From Euprymna scolopes (taxonomy: Eukaryota), in the NCBI GenBank assembly GCA_053919585.1, contig CM132795.1: 64,000 nt of DNA. One strand, 5' to 3'. The position numbers and the translations under genes are program-made. Of this stretch, positions 12,707 to 27,700 are shown piece after piece. The number at the start of each line of letters is the position of its first letter. Positions within the stretch are counted from its first letter, which is position 1. The notes under the pieces are model-generated. The model was not told where the DNA came from. It made no database searches and was given only the letters and a program-made list of their open reading frames with translations.

Positions 12707-14392
12707 CTAGGGGTTTTCGGTAAACTTAAAACATAAGATACTTCCCTTTTATTTAATCAAAATTGTATGACATGCATTTTTCTACAACATTATTTCCTGG
12801 AACCATTTCCCATTATTTACTGATTCAATTGTTACGTTTCGGCGGTCTTTTCATTATTTTCCTTTTATGCTTATCCATAAGTGATTCGCTATCACAATGA
12901 CTTCACTGTCCTTGTGCCTGCCCATGTCTGTGTTCGGGAAACTCTCATCCCCAAACTGGTAACAGCAGCTGGTTCTTAACCTACAGAACTCCATCCCCAT
13001 TTTTAATCGCTCCGTCAAGTAGGCATTTTACTCGAAGACAATATCCGTAACCGGACCCTTTTAGAAGCCACAGTTCGTGGAAAACAATATGTTTTTTTTT
13101 AACTATAGGAGCACTTCTGTGCTTTCTCGCTGATCTAAGAGAATCGAGAAAAATCGTGACGAAAAAATACTTTGGGAAAAGCTCTCGAAAACAATGAAAT
13201 ATTTAACATCGTGTTACCCTCTCTAATTCTGAGGAACAAAACAGAAAACCCCGATGCCACTGCATATCTGGTGGTCAGCTCACAAGGTACCTATTATTGT
13301 CTATCCAAATCTCTCATCTAATATAGTATCTTGTTCTCTATACTTTTCGTTTGAGACCATTTGCACCTTTACATGTTACATCTTGACGACTTTTATACTT
13401 TATTCTCCTTTTTTCTTTTCTTACTTGAGTGTTTCACAACATGATGGCTCCGTTCGCCATTATTCTTCCGCCCCTTACGCGGTGTTAGAGAATTTGTGTT
13501 GCCTAAAATTGACTGTCGCAATTAGCTTCGCTCACGCTGGACAGATACGTCCACCTTCTTATACGATGCTGAACATTTTTTTTCCAAAGTCGGGAACTGC
13601 AAACGGCCCTGTCCGGCCTATACTCTGCGGAAAACTCCGGATTTCCATTCATGAAGCATCCAATTTTTGCTTCAAGTTGATCTTACACGAGATCTAAGAA
13701 AATAAAAACGAAAACAAAAAAGTTTTATCGCGAATCACTCCTCGAAAATAATAAAATGATTTGCCGCCATGTAGCTGTTTCTTATCGCGATTAAACTCAA
13801 TTATAGACTGACCGTAAGTTCTCTAAAAAATTTCACTAACTGTTTTTTTTTCTTCATCTTATTAAATCAGCGTTTCATTGTTTCAACACAATTACAACAA
13901 ATATAATATCACTACATTACATATTACAATTTACTTAACATTTACATACATTAAAAGAGACTTATCAATTCTTTTATAATTAACAATGAAAAAAAATCAT
14001 CATCGGCATGCAAAAGAAAAATTCACTTTCCGTTTTTTTCAACCACTCAAAATCTGGAAAGTTCAACCATAACATCTTCAGTTTCTTTTAAGAAAAACAA
14101 GAACATAAAACTTTAACGCTATCACAGGACATCCATATAAACCCCACGTTCAATATTGTCCTTTGTTGTTTAACAAATCCAAAAAACAAACGGAAAGTTG
14201 CAAAATCCAACATTAATCTTGTAACACAAAAATGCTCTTTGCATGTTTGACAATCAAAATTGCATGTAAATACGAACTATAGTATGTTTAAAAATGCATT
14301 CGTCTTCATTCTCCCAATTATAATAAAATCATATTTATACAAACAAAATTCCTTATGAAAGTACACAGTAGCTTGTTTCTGGATTTTAATTG

Positions 14393-14526
14393 NNNNNNNN
14401 NNNNNNNNNNNNNNNNNNNNNNNNNNNNNNNNNNNNNNNNNNNNNNNNNNNNNNNNNNNNNNNNNNNNNNNNNNNNNNNNNNNNNNNNNNNNNNNNNNNN
14501 NNNNNNNNNNNNNNNNNNNNNNNNNN
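14393..14526. other. Assembly gap (N run)
   Basis: Direct. Confidence 1.
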
Positions 14527-15035
14527 CGTATTTTTTCTTTTCGCCCTTTCTTTTATTTTGCGTCTATATGTGTGTTTCTTTATTTCTTTGTTTTTCATCT
14601 ACAGTACTGTTTTACTTTGTGCGTTTCTTTCCTCAATTCGTATTGTCACGTTGTATTCTTTCTTTGTTTTTTTTTCTTTTCTTTTTACATTCAAATATGT
14701 TTGTATGTATATGGACAATTGTGTTTGTGTTCTTTTATTTCTTCTCATTTTATTTCTCTCTAGTTGACACATATATATCCTTCCTTTTCTACGACATTCT
14801 TTTTTGCCGCATATGGCACTTATCTTAATCGTCTTTAAAATATATATTTTCGTATGCGTTTGTGTTCTTTATATTTTTTCCTTTAATAGCTTAGTCTTTT
14901 TTAAAATATAATTTCTTTTACAAAATTGGGCCCTCATTTCTGTTTCTTTTTCTTTGGCGTCGTGTGCGTGGTAACCCATATGTTCCTTATGTCACTTATG
15001 TGAGGAGGCAATGCACGGCGCCAAAACGGTTATAC

Positions 15036-15693
15036 GTTACGTAGCGGAGGGATTCAAACGGATGATATATATTATAAAGTAGTTGAAAACAGCACCAACT
15101 GTTATGTTGTATACTTGGGTGTATATAATCATTGTAGCCGTATAACAAGCATATATATAGATATCCATTTAAGAGATGTGCCTATTTTTAATGAGTCTCT
15201 ATAAGTGTCCGCCGTCTACGTGTGACGTGTGCATACATAAATTAACAGTTTATAGATATCACTGTCGGTTAGAACACCAGCAAAAACATACCTCAAATTT
15301 TCTATCCATGAATCTTTTTCTTGCGTCCTGAAATTGAAGGTGCTTCTCTCTGAGAGCGAAAACACTCAGACGGAAATCATATTTTTAAATATAATCATTT
15401 ATTCTTTGATCTCTCACGTCTAAAAATCTAAATCTACATCTCAAAAATTTATATTTTTTATTACATCATTGCTACACGTAGCCTAGAGATCCTTGTTGAG
15501 TATTTTATCGCGTATTTTTGCTTATATTATGGCTAGCTTGAATTTCATCGGTTAAATCAAAATCAAGTTAACATTCCTGTCACCTATTAAATGTAAATAT
15601 TTCAACTTAACATAACTTTTTAACACTCTTTAACTATTTCCATCTAACAATATACTTTTACTAATCATAATAATCGACCACTTTAATAGTTTC
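15036..15693 (+). repeat. Unclassified interspersed repeat, copy 2
   Basis: Diverged direct copy of 11930-12706. Confidence 0.85.
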
Positions 15694-16401
15694 CGTTTTT
15701 TCCGGAAGACTAACAACATAACATAATGTTTATAATGACTATTTTATTTATCCCAAAGGACGCGGGGTGGAACGAATTTATTTGTTCCCCCCTCCCACTT
15801 ACAAAATCTAATTACGTCTCTCTCTTCTTGGCGGCACCTCAGCAGTGATGATAGTGGTCATGTTCTGGATTTTAGTATATGAGGAGTAGTCCGACAAGGC
15901 CGATAATGGTTTTAAACTGTCTTTTACAATGATGGAAGGCACCTCCATTTCCATTTGGATGATTTGTTCGAGGGCGTTATTCTCTGTCCCCCTCTTTCTT
16001 GTCTTCTCGATGTCCGTACGTCGGTTGGCCCCAAAGGTGGCTGTGTTTTGACGATTGGCTGGCACTCTCATGCATATATATTGATGCTAAATTTCTTCAG
16101 TTTTGCTTTCAGAAGATATTTTTCTTGCTTTCTCTTTCCTCCTCGAGTGCACTTTATTTCTTTTAGCTGCCTATAGAAGAGTTTCTTCGACAGCTAGAAA
16201 TCTGACATCTTGACAACGTGGCTGACCAGCTAAGTATTGTAAGATTAGCAAGGAACCCAATAGCTTTATCGAACGTACAGCCCAAAAGGTATGAAAAGAA
16301 ATTATGTTAATAATCAATTTGTTTGCTCCCGAACAACCCCAAGTGAACAAAAATATAATGTTACCTAATGTTGCAAAATACAACGTTACCTTACTTCCTC
16401 C

Positions 16402-17380
16402 TTTCTTTTTTTTTATTACATTTTCACCCCAAACAAGGCAAATTGCCACTTTGGTGTAGGGGGCTACTATCAGGGGCAACAACTGCTGGGGTACTATGTA
16501 GGGATTTGGGCAGCAAGGTGTCGGTTCACGTTACACTTGAACTTCTGCACGTCAGTACTGTTGGGGAAGCAGGGACCTGGAATGGAATTCCAGAGTCTAG
16601 CGGTTCTGGGGAAGAAACTATTGATAAAAAGATCTTTTACATCTAGGGATCTCTACAGTGTGGGGGTGGGATTTAGCAGCCTGTCTGGTTTGTCGAGGGT
16701 GCTCACGTCGTGGGGGCACAAGTGATTGCAGTTCGTCAGAGCATTCACCACTAAAATACTTGTAGAAAAGGCAGAGGGATGCAACATTTCGTCGATGGGA
16801 CAGAGGCTGAAGCTTAGATGCCAGTTCAGGGCCTATCAGATTTGCGACTCTCTTTTGAACCTTGTCAAGGAGCGAGAGACTAGTAGCAGATGCACCAGCC
16901 CAGATGTGGCAGCAATACTCCATACATGGGCGAATGGTGGCCTTATAGAAGTACAGGATACTTTCGGGTGTTAGTAGTTTTCTAGCACGGTAGAGAGATC
17001 CCACCTTTCTTGCAGCGGCCCTGGCAATGCCTTCAATGTAATTGTTCCAACTCATGTTTCCTGTGAACGTTAGGCCAAGGAGTTTGAAAGATGGACTCTC
17101 AGATAAAGAGTCGTTGGCCATTGCTATGGGTGGTAGAGAGGGTTTCTTGTAATTATTGAATGAAACTAGTTTAGTCTTGGCAGCATTGAACGCGACCAAT
17201 CACTTTTGTCCCCATTCCACTACAGATTGGAGGTCTTCCTCTAGTCTTTCTTCCATTTCTTTAGAAATGTGTTCATTCGTCTTCCTGTCGTGCCTGCCAT
17301 AGAATGTAGTGTCATCAGCATATATACCCATCTCAGAGGCAATGTTGTCGGGGAGGTCATTTATGAATATCAGGAACAAT
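16402..17380 (-). mobile_element. 5'-truncated CR1/L2-group LINE, same family as 1101-2755, with 3' UTR and A-tail
   Basis: FLIFINDLPD...YADD...MEYCCHIWAGA...LQPLSHRRNVASL; minus-strand AATAAA runs into an A-tract at about 16415-16402; about 235 bp are nearly identical to 1103-1338. Confidence 0.95.
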
Positions 17381-18159
17381 GAATGAATGAATCTAATAAT
17401 GACATCCAGCGCTAACAAAAGTAGAGATAAAATTAAAGTATAAAGGAAAATTATATTTACACTGAAAATTTTACTGCACCCGGGCAGTACCGAATAGAAC
17501 AAAAAATTCTGTTACCTTGCCCTTTGCTTAACAAATATAATGTAATGTTAGTAAAGTTTTTTTAGCCCTTACAAAAGTGCAGTTTAAATCAAAATATTGA
17601 AAATAATTATGTTAATCATGGCAATTTTATAGCTCGCAGACAAAACCGATATAATAAAAGTATCTTAAAAATAAGACCAAATTATCGAAACTTGGCTTTA
17701 AATAAAGGTAACACTGGAGAAGTTTATTTTAAATAGCCTCACTTTCGAATTACAATAATATATGATCTCCGTTGTAATGCCGTGAAGAAAAGAACTTGTA
17801 GTAATTTTCTGCACTAAAGCAAGAAGTCAGCGAAGCATTACGTAAAAAGGGAACATTCGAAAGAAACATACTAAAAATAGTGTCTGCCAAGAGGAGTGGA
17901 ATTGACAAAGTTAATTAAAGATTGTACCTTTCGATGTGATTTTATTATTTATATTAATCTATGTAGCACAATATTACTTTCGGAGTATATTTTAGTATTT
18001 ACTAACTAATCTCATTTGGATTAATTCTATATATAAAATAGAATAAACACTATTTTCATCGAAATATTAATAAACTCACATTTGCGGTGTGTTATTAACT
18101 TTCCTGTCCAAAAATCTTATTTTATTAGCTATAAAGAAAAATATCAGTTTTATCGAAAC

Positions 18160-18201
<42 letters not shown>

Positions 18202-18229
18202 CCCGTGAAATTCTCACGAGTTCTGCTAG
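18202..18229 (+). mobile_element. Probable Helitron 3' terminus remnant
   Basis: Hairpin CCCGTGAAATTCTCACGAG followed by TTCTGCTAG, next to a (TA)n tract. Confidence 0.45.
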
Positions 18230-18689
18230 CATAAATAAGACTTGAAATCTGCGTAAAATAAAATCAATTCATTAAAAAGACATAACTCAGAATAATGAGT
18301 TTCCGCATTTGATTTTTGCATTTTATTTGCTATCTAATGTCTTCAAATTTAATGATTTATTTTAATTACAGACGTGCTCCTTGTATTTCACTCTGTCATT
18401 AATAAAATATCTGATGTTAAATAAATGCATGTTGTCGAAGAACATGGGAAATGATACTAATTATATTTCTTTTGATCATTTATGCGAAATTAACATACAT
18501 CCCTGTTATACACTGTTTTAAGATTAATTTCGCATCGCTAAAATGTTTCTGCAAAGAACCTCATCGCCAAGAGATATTCTTCATCTAAATTTATTTATAT
18601 TTACATTAAAATTCTCCTGTAAGAATATAATCACAGAACTGACCATTTGAAAGTTTTTCGCAGCATTTCTATTAACGGTTAATTACAAA

Positions 18690-21600
18690 GGCCATTCCTA
18701 TTATTTGTTGATCATAAAACACCAATATTATTTGTTGATCATAAAACACAAATATTTTTGGTTGATCATAAAACAGCAATATTATTCATTTATCATAAAA
18801 CCATTCCTATTATTGGTAGACTATAAAACATTGCTATTATTGGTTGATTATGAAAAACTTCCTATTATTGGCTGATCATCAGAACGTTCCTAATATTAAT
18901 ATGTCGTAAGAACACTACTACGATTGGTTATTCATAAATACATTACTATTATTGTTTTATCATAAAAAACGTTCCTATTAATGGCTGATGAGAAGAACAT
19001 TATTATTATTTATTGATTATAAGACCATTACAATTATTGGTAGATCAGAAAAAAACATTTGTATAATAAGTTGAGCACAAGAGCATCCCTATTATTTATT
19101 GATTATAAGAAGATCCTTATTACTGGTTGATCATGTGTAGGTCCCTTTTATTTGCTGATCATAAAACATTTCTATCATTAGTTGATGATAAGAACATTCC
19201 TATTATCGATTGATCATAAGTACATTCCAATAATTTGTTGATCATGAAAAAATTCTCATTATTGGTAGAGACTTAGAACATTTCTTTTTAATTAATTATA
19301 AACATATTTTTATTATAGGTTGATCATAAAAAACATTCCTTATATTAATTGATTATAAGGACATTCATATTATTAGCGGATCATGGGAGCATTCTTATTA
19401 GTTGATTAGAAGAGCATTACTATTATTGGTTTATCATAAGAAAATTCCAATTATTAGCGTATCATAAGAACATTCCTATTATCTATTGATCATAAGGACA
19501 TTTTATTATTAGTTGATTATAATGACACTCATATTGGTTGATCATTAGAGCATTACAATTATTGGTTTATCATAAGCATATTCTTATTATTAGTTTATCA
19601 TGAGAATATCTATTTTATTGGTTGGTCATAAGAACATCCTTATTATTGGTTTATCATAAAAACATTCTTAGTTTATTATATGCACATTTCCATCAAAAGA
19701 ACATCCCTACTATTGGTTGATTATAAGTATATTTAGATTATTGGTTGAACATCGGAATATTTTTCGATTAGTTTGTCATAAGAATATTTCTATAATAGGT
19801 AGATCATAAGAATAATTATTTTTATTGATTGATCATAAAAAAATCCTATTATTAGCCGATCATTAGAAAATTCCTATTATTGGTTGCTCATAAGAATGTT
19901 CCTATTAATGATTGATTATAAGCACATTCGTATGATAGTTGGTTATAAGAACATTACAATTATTGGTTGATTACAAGAATTTTAAAATTATTGGGTTATC
20001 ATGAAGTCATCTCAATTATTGATTGACCTAAAGGACATTCCTTATATTGGTTGATCGTTAGAATAATCCTATTGTTTGTTGATCGCTTGAATAGTTCTTA
20101 TAATTGGTTAATCGTTAGAATATTCCTATTATTAGTTGATCGTTCGAATATTTTTATTATGGTTTGATTGTTAGAAGATTCCTATTATTGGTTGATCGTT
20201 AAAATATTCCTAGTATTGGTTGGTCATTAGAATATTACTTATTATTGGTTGATGATAAGATTATTCTTATTATTGGTTGATCGTTAGAATATTCCTACTA
20301 TTGGTTGCTTGTTAGAATAATCCTATTATTGGTTGATCATTAGAATATTACTTATTGGTTGATATTTAGAATATTCCTATTATTGGTTACTCGTTAAAAT
20401 AATCCTATTATTTGTTGATCATTAGAATATTACTTAGTATTAGGTGATCGTTATAATATTACTTATTATTGCTTGATCGTCAGAATATTCCTATTATTGG
20501 TTGATCGTTAGAATATTACTTATTGGTCGATCGTAAGATTATTCCTATTATTGGTTGCTCGTTAAAAACATCCTATCATTGGTTAATCATTAGAATATTA
20601 CTTAGTATTGGGTGATCGTTATAATATTACTTATTATTGGGTGATCGTTATAATATTACTTATTATTTGTTTATCGTTAGAATATTCCTGTTATTGGTTT
20701 CTCGTTAGAATATTACTAATTATTGGTCGATCGTTAGAATATTCCTAGTATTGGTTAATCGTTATAATATTACTTATTATTGGTTTATCGTTAAAATATT
20801 CCTATTGTTGTTTGCTCGTTAGAATATTACTAATTATTAGTTGATCGTTAGAATATTCCTATTATTTGTTTATCGTTAGAATATTACTTATTTTTGTTGA
20901 TCGTTAGAATATTATTATTATTGCTTGATCGTTAGAATATTACTAATTATTGGTTGATCGTTAGAATATTCCTATTATTGGTTGATCGTTAGAATATTAC
21001 TTATTATTGGTTGATCGTTAGAATATTACTTATTATTGGTTGATCGTTAGAATATTCATATTATGGGTTTATAGTCAGAATATTACTAATGATTGGTTGA
21101 TCGTAAGAATATTACTAATTAGTGGTTGATCGTTATAATATTACTTATTATTGGTTGATCGTTAGAATAATACTTATTATTGGTTGATCGTTAAAATATT
21201 CCTAGTATTGGTTGATTGTTAGTATATTACTTATTATTGGTTGATCGTTAGAATATTCATACTATTGGTTGCTCGTTAGAATATTACTAATTATTGGTAA
21301 GTCGTTAGATTATTCCTAATATTCGGTGATCGATATAATATTACTTATTATTGCTTGATCGTAAGAATATTCCTATTATTGCTTGATCATTAGAATATTA
21401 CTTATTATTGGTTGATCGTTAGAATATTACTTATTATTGGTTGATCGTTAGAATATTACTTATAATTTGTTTATCGTTAGAATATTCCTATTATTGGTTG
21501 ATCGTTAGAATATTACTTATTATTGGTTGATCGTAAGACTATTAATATTATTGGTTGATCGTTAGAATATTACTAATTATTGGATGATCGTTAGAATATT

Positions 21601-23420
21601 ACTTATTATAGGTTGATCGTTAGAATATTAATTATTATTGGTTAATCGTTAAAATATTACTTATTATTGGTTGATCGTTAGAATATTACTAATTATTGGT
21701 TGATCGTAAGAATATTCCTATTATTGGTTTATCGTTAGAATATTCCTATTATTAGTTGATCGTTAGAATATTACTTATTATTGGTTGATCGTTAGAATAT
21801 TCATATTATTGGTTTCTCGTTAAAATAATCCTATTATTTGTTGATCAGTAGAATATTACTTAGTATTGGTGATCGTTAGAATATTCCTATTATTGTTTGA
21901 TCGTTAGAATATTCATATTATTGGTTGATCGTTAGACTATTATTTATTATTGCTTGATCGTTAAAATATTCCTCGTATTGGTTGATCGTTAGAATATTAC
22001 TTATTATTGGTTGATCGTTAGAATATTCCTATTATTGGTTGCTCGTTAGAATATTATTAATTATTGGTTGATCGTAAGAATATTCCTATTATTGGGTGAT
22101 CGTTATAATATTACTTATTATTGGTTGATCGTTAGAATATTACTTAGTATTGGTTGATCGTTAGAATATTACTTATTAATTCTTGATCGTTAGAATATTC
22201 CTATCATTGGTTGATCATTAGAATATTACTTATTATTGGTTGATCGTTATAATATTACTTGTTATTTGTTTATCGTTAGAATATTCCTGTTATTGGTTGA
22301 TCATTAGAATATTACTTATTGTTGGTTGATCATTAGAATATTACTCATTATTGGTTGATCGTTATAATGTTACTTGTTATTTGTTTATCGTTAGAATATT
22401 CCTGTTATTGGTTGATCATTAGAATATTACTAATTATTGGTTGATCGTTAGAATATTTCTAGTATTGGTTAATCATTATAATATTACTTATTATTGCTTG
22501 ATCGTTAGAATATTCCTGTTATTGTTTGCTCGTTAGAATATTACTTATTATTGGTTGATCGTTATAATATTACTAATTATTGGTTGATCGTTATAATATT
22601 ACTAATTATTGGTTGATCGTTAGAATCTTCTTAGTATTGGTTGATCGTTAGAATATTACTTAGTATTGGTTGATCGTTAGAATATGACTTATTTTTTGTT
22701 TATCGTTAGAATATGCCTATTACTTGTTGATCGTTAGAATATTACTTATTATTGGTTGATCGTTAGAATATTACTTATTATTTGTTTATCATTAGAATAT
22801 TCCTATTATTGTTTGATCATTAGAATATTACTTATTATTGGTTGATCGTAAGAATATTCCAAATATTGGTTGATCGTTAGAATATTACTTATTATCGGTT
22901 TATTGTTAGAATATTACTTATTATTGGTTTATCGATAGAATATTCCTAGTATTGATTGATCATTAGAATATTACTTATTATTGGTTGATCGTTAGAATAT
23001 TACTTACTATTGGTGGCTCGTAAGAATATTCCTATTATTGGTTGATCGTTAGAATATTCCTAATATTGGTAGTCATTAGAATATTACTTATTATCGGTTG
23101 ATTGATAGAATATTACTTATTATTGGTTGATCGTTAGAATATTCCTATTATTGGTTGATCGTTAGAATATTACTTATTTTTGGTTGATCGATAAAATATT
23201 ACCTATAATTGGTTGATCATTAGAATATTACTTATTATTGGTTGATCGTTAGAATATTCCTATTATTGGTTTATCCTACAAATATTACTTATTATTGGTT
23301 GATCGTTAGAATATCCCTATTATTGGTTGATCGTTAGAATATTTCTATTATTGGTTGATCGTTCGAATATTTCTATTATGGGTTGATCATGAGATTACTT
23401 TTATTATTGGTTGATCATGA
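18690..23420. repeat. 28/29-bp satellite array, about 165 copies
   Basis: Consensus TATTATTGGTTGATCGTTAGAATATT(CC/ACT); the left ~1.3 kb is a more degenerate GATCATAAGAACATT variant. Confidence 0.97.
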
Positions 23421-23479
23421 GAAACGGCGAGTATAAGTTCATTTCTATTATTTGTCTCCTTCGCCTGTGAGAATACAAC

Positions 23480-25637
23480 ATATTGATTCTCGAACAACGT
23501 GACATATTTACACATAGAAACGTCTTCCTGTTGTGAGAGTTGCTCGCATTGACAGTGTAGCCATCATTCTTACATTCACGTCTGTGAAACTTCAATGTTC
23601 ACAGTGTGGAATGGTAAACCCATTCAAACAAGACAGGGGAATTTTGTCACAATTTCGTCATTACTTATGACCTAACTTAGATTGTTCACGAACCCACCCA
23701 TGTGCCCGACACTGACGGTCAGTATGCTAGTCTCCCTAACCTTTTTCTCGCAACTTGCCCTGAGGTATGTTCATCTACATTTTCTCTGGACTAGGATCTT
23801 CCGACCACTTGGTCATATTAATTATGATAAAAACCTCTTTATCTTACAGTATATCGATACTTAATGGCTGACTGAGGTTCCATGTTTTAAAAGAATGTGT
23901 CTTCTATAGTATCAGACCTGACGGAATAGTTAATTGTAGGTATACACTGCTGCATACTGTTCAAAAATTTAATCAAAAACTTACAGACACACGTTGTTCT
24001 CTCCGCTGCTTTCAACGTAATAGATATACTGAGTCTGAAATCGCCTACAGGACTGCCAGCAACCACTGTAAAAGAGTAAAAAAGGACGCAAGAGAGTTGT
24101 ACGCCCAGTCTGTCAAGTCTAAAGTGGCTGAGCAGCGGCTTGATTCTAACTAGTTTGGGCAAATAACAAACAGGGTCCTTAACAGAAGCGTGTTCTCTAT
24201 TCAATGGTCCTGTAGTAATCTCGTCGGCATCGGACAAAGCCAAACTCTTTGCCAAGAACTTTGCAGTTAATTAAACCTTATGCGATCAAGGCCGCCAACC
24301 TCCGCATTTTCTCCTGTATCTGAAAACATGCTATGCGCCATAGAAATATTTGTGCGTAATGTTGCCAGGCTAATCAAAAACCTTAATTCCAGTAAAGAAA
24401 GTGGCCCTGATGGCATTCCAATTACCAATTATAGCGCTGAAAAGCTTCAACCAGAAATAACTCCCATACTTACCGAGATCTCCAGTTATGGTATATCAGA
24501 AAAAGTTTTTTCAGGTATTAAATCATTTCTCTCCGATAAGTTCATAAGAGTAGTCGTTGATGGGCTTAAATCAAAAGCTCTTAGTATTAATGCTGGAGTC
24601 CCTCAGGGGTCCATCCTGGGCCGAATTCTCGTCCTGATTTACATCAATGATCTTCCAAATAACATTCTTAGATGATTTGTAGATATTTATGCTGACGACA
24701 CTACAATCTATGGCAACACTTCAAAGGCTGTAAATGACCAAGTTTTCTCTGATTCTCTCTTTTCTCATCTTAAGCACGTGTTACAATGGCGAAAGAGGCC
24801 GCTGGTTTATTTTAATGCATCTAAAACCAAGCTTTTCCCTTTATATTATCAACGCTCTGATTCCCATTTGGCATCAATTGAAATGAATAGCTCTCATCTT
24901 GGGAAGACTCCATGATTAAACAAGCTTCCAGATCTGACCTTTACTACTGATCTGAAATGGGACACTTATATAAAATCTGTGGCCAATGTTGTTTAAAAAA
25001 TTGTGAAATCGTTCTACCGCCCGAGTAGATATCTCACTACCTGTATAAGAGCCAAGTACGTCCAAGGATGGAGTACTGTTGTCACATCTGGGCAACAGTT
25101 GCTAGAAAGTTCTTATCCAGCCTTGACAGAGTCCAAAATAGACTTCGTAACTTAGTGGAGGATGACATTTTCTCTTCCCTGCAACCTCTTTCCCACAGAA
25201 GAGACGTTGCCAGCCTATCTCTGCTCTATCATTATTTCCATGGCAAGTACTAATCTGAGCTCCAATCTATAGTTCCCTATAGTAAACTTTTACGAAAAAC
25301 ACTCATCTAACTAAAACCACTATCAATAATTTCCCCCACTCTTTATGTGTGTTGTAACCTAAACGTAGATTTCATGAACAAAGCGTCTTTCTCAGAAATG
25401 CACGTGTGTGAAACTTTCTTCCGTTTCCTTGCTTTCCAGCTGATTACAATATGGTCATCTTCAAGTCCATCGTAAACAAATTCTTGATGAGCCGTCCTCT
25501 TCAGTAATCCAATTTACCAAATTTCCACTACTAACTATTTCTACGATATTGTGTCATTGACTACTATACACTTGTTAACCCTTATCCTTGAGTGGCCTCC
25601 GGGTCTTGATAAGTAGTGACTCGTTTGTAAGAAAAAA
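23480..25637 (+). mobile_element. Decayed CR1/L2-group LINE (second family) with an internal RT deletion and intact 3' end
   Basis: KESGPDGIP, GVPQGSILG, YADDTT and MEYCCHIW...LQPLSHRRDVASLSL; a jump from PILT to EISSYG near 24474 removes RT domains; 3' UTR ends ...TTGATAAGTAGTGACTCGTTTGTAAGAAAAAA. Confidence 0.92.
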
Positions 25638-26370
25638 TGTACTTACGCTGTGTTCGCTATAAAGTTTAATTTATTACTTTTACTCAAATCCACATTTTCT
25701 TTTTCATTTATTTCATTTAATTTATTATATGGGTAACACTATATTTTTGAATAATGTTAATTAAACGTTGTTAGATTGTTCTTTTAATTTATTATATTCA
25801 TATAAAACGTAAATTATGTTTCAATGAAAATAATCGTTTTTTATATATTCTTATATGATGACCTAAAGTTTCGTCCGGGTCTTTAATAAAGACTACATGA
25901 TTTAATGCAGATTACTTTTAAAACAGGAACCGTTTGTTTGGGTAAATATGCGCTTATACGAACGTTCCCATGCAAAACGTGATAAATTTCATTCTAAGAT
26001 CGTAAAATGACTACAATGAAAAGAGTTACATTTCTTATTTCACATCTTCACTCAAAATCATTTTGCTAAACTAATGTGATATTTGCCTTTTAGTTTCCTT
26101 TGAGTTAACATTAGAAAAACGTTCGGTTTAGTGAACTCTAGTTTCTTAATTGTATGAATTGAATTTATCACGTTTTGCATTAAAACTTTTCGCATGTTCT
26201 TTAAGTCTACATAATATTAATAAACATGAATTAATAACATTAAACTTTATGTTTATTCCTATTTACTTTGAATTTCTTTTAACTTGGTCGAATTGCTCGT
26301 CTTTTTGTAGTAGTAATTTACAGGAGGCACCTCGAGAATTTTGTATTTTGTTTATCATTTTTATATTTAA

Positions 26371-27289
26371 CTAGCATTTCAGCCCGGCGTTGCCCGGATT
26401 TTTGGATGTGTATGTTGAGCACAAAAAAAAGTGGTAGTAGGAAGGCAGGCTCGAACCCGTACCGCAAAGGAGGAAAAGAACGGAATAAAACATAACGTGT
26501 ATGCTGTTATGACCACCGCCAAACCGGAAGCGACATTTTTTTAAAAATTAAGGCTAAACAATCTAAAGGAGAGGATAACTTTAAAAAATATCGGCGAAAA
26601 CAGTGACCCCCCTCTGTAGAAAAGTGCATAGTTGAAAGGGAAGATATTAATGCTTTTAGCCAATTTTTCGATATTTGTCGTATGAAAGATCGAACTTTAA
26701 AACGGTACTGATCTTGGTAAAATCCGTCGCCTCTATTGAAAGTTTAAGGCACACATGCAAGCAGACATACATACATACATTTATATATTGATAACTAAAA
26801 ATTTTCGACCCAAACTGATGAAAAAGCTTGCCCTATCTTTGAATACCCTTTATGTAAAATTTCAAATATTTAGACCAGAAATTGTCTGAGTAATTTGAAA
26901 GAGACCGCAGGTAATTTTTTTAAAATTTGACCCCTATTATGACCTCTTAAAATTTATAGTTTTGGGCTCAAATCAAGTTATTAAGTTAGATCCATGTCCA
27001 ATGGACCTATACCTAAAATTTCAAGTGCGTAGACCCAAAATTGTCAGAGGAGTTTGATAGAGTTCTCAAAGGTCAAATCGTTGAACTTTGACCCCTTAAT
27101 TGCCAAATTTCTGGCCAAAAATCGATCACGACGATTTTCCCAAATCTCAGTACCCTGTATATCAAATTTCGAGTTTGTAGACTAAAAATTGACAGAGTTA
27201 TTGCGTAGGGAAATATACACAGACACAAAGATACACAGATACACATACACACAGATACACAGATACGTTCACTTTTATAGATATATAGA
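26371..27289 (-). mobile_element. Non-autonomous Helitron-like element
   Basis: Minus strand reads A|TCTATATAT ... CCGGGCAACGCCGGG hairpin ... CTAG|T (5' TC, 3' CTAG, AT target). Confidence 0.8.
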
Positions 27290-27339
27290 TTTACAAACGA
27301 AAAGTCTATGTAAAAAAGACATTTCACAGAAGCGCACAA

Positions 27340-27700
27340 CACATTGAACTCATAATGATTCTTCAATTTCTTTGAATATTAAACTCGAACTCATTTTATA
27401 AATCTGTTGAATATTGAACTCGTACTTATTCTAAATTTTTTTAATATTGAACTCGTAATCATTTTACAAATTTGTTAATATTGAAGTCGTAATTAATCTA
27501 CAATTTTTTGACTATTGAACTCGTAATCATTTTAAAAATCTGTTGAATATTAAACTTGTAATTATTCTACATTTTTTTTAATATTGAGCGCGTATTCATT
27601 TTACAAATCTGTTGAATATTGAGCTTGTAGTCATTTATCAAATCTGTTGAATATTGAACTAGTAATTATTTTACAGTTCTTAATCATTGAGACGAGGAAT
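27340..27700. repeat. Degenerate ~35-bp tandem repeat, about 10 copies
   Basis: Recurrent TGAATATTGAACTCGTAATCATTTTACAAATCTGT. Confidence 0.85.

Noticed and set aside
12828-12858. Another hammerhead-like string (UGAAAA...CGAAACGUA, minus strand)
   Set aside because: No convincing stem I or stem II.
14355-14828. ORFs spanning N runs (also 45172-45427) and ORFs through (TA)n, (TG)n or (TAA)n tracts
   Set aside because: Artefacts of assembly gaps and microsatellites.
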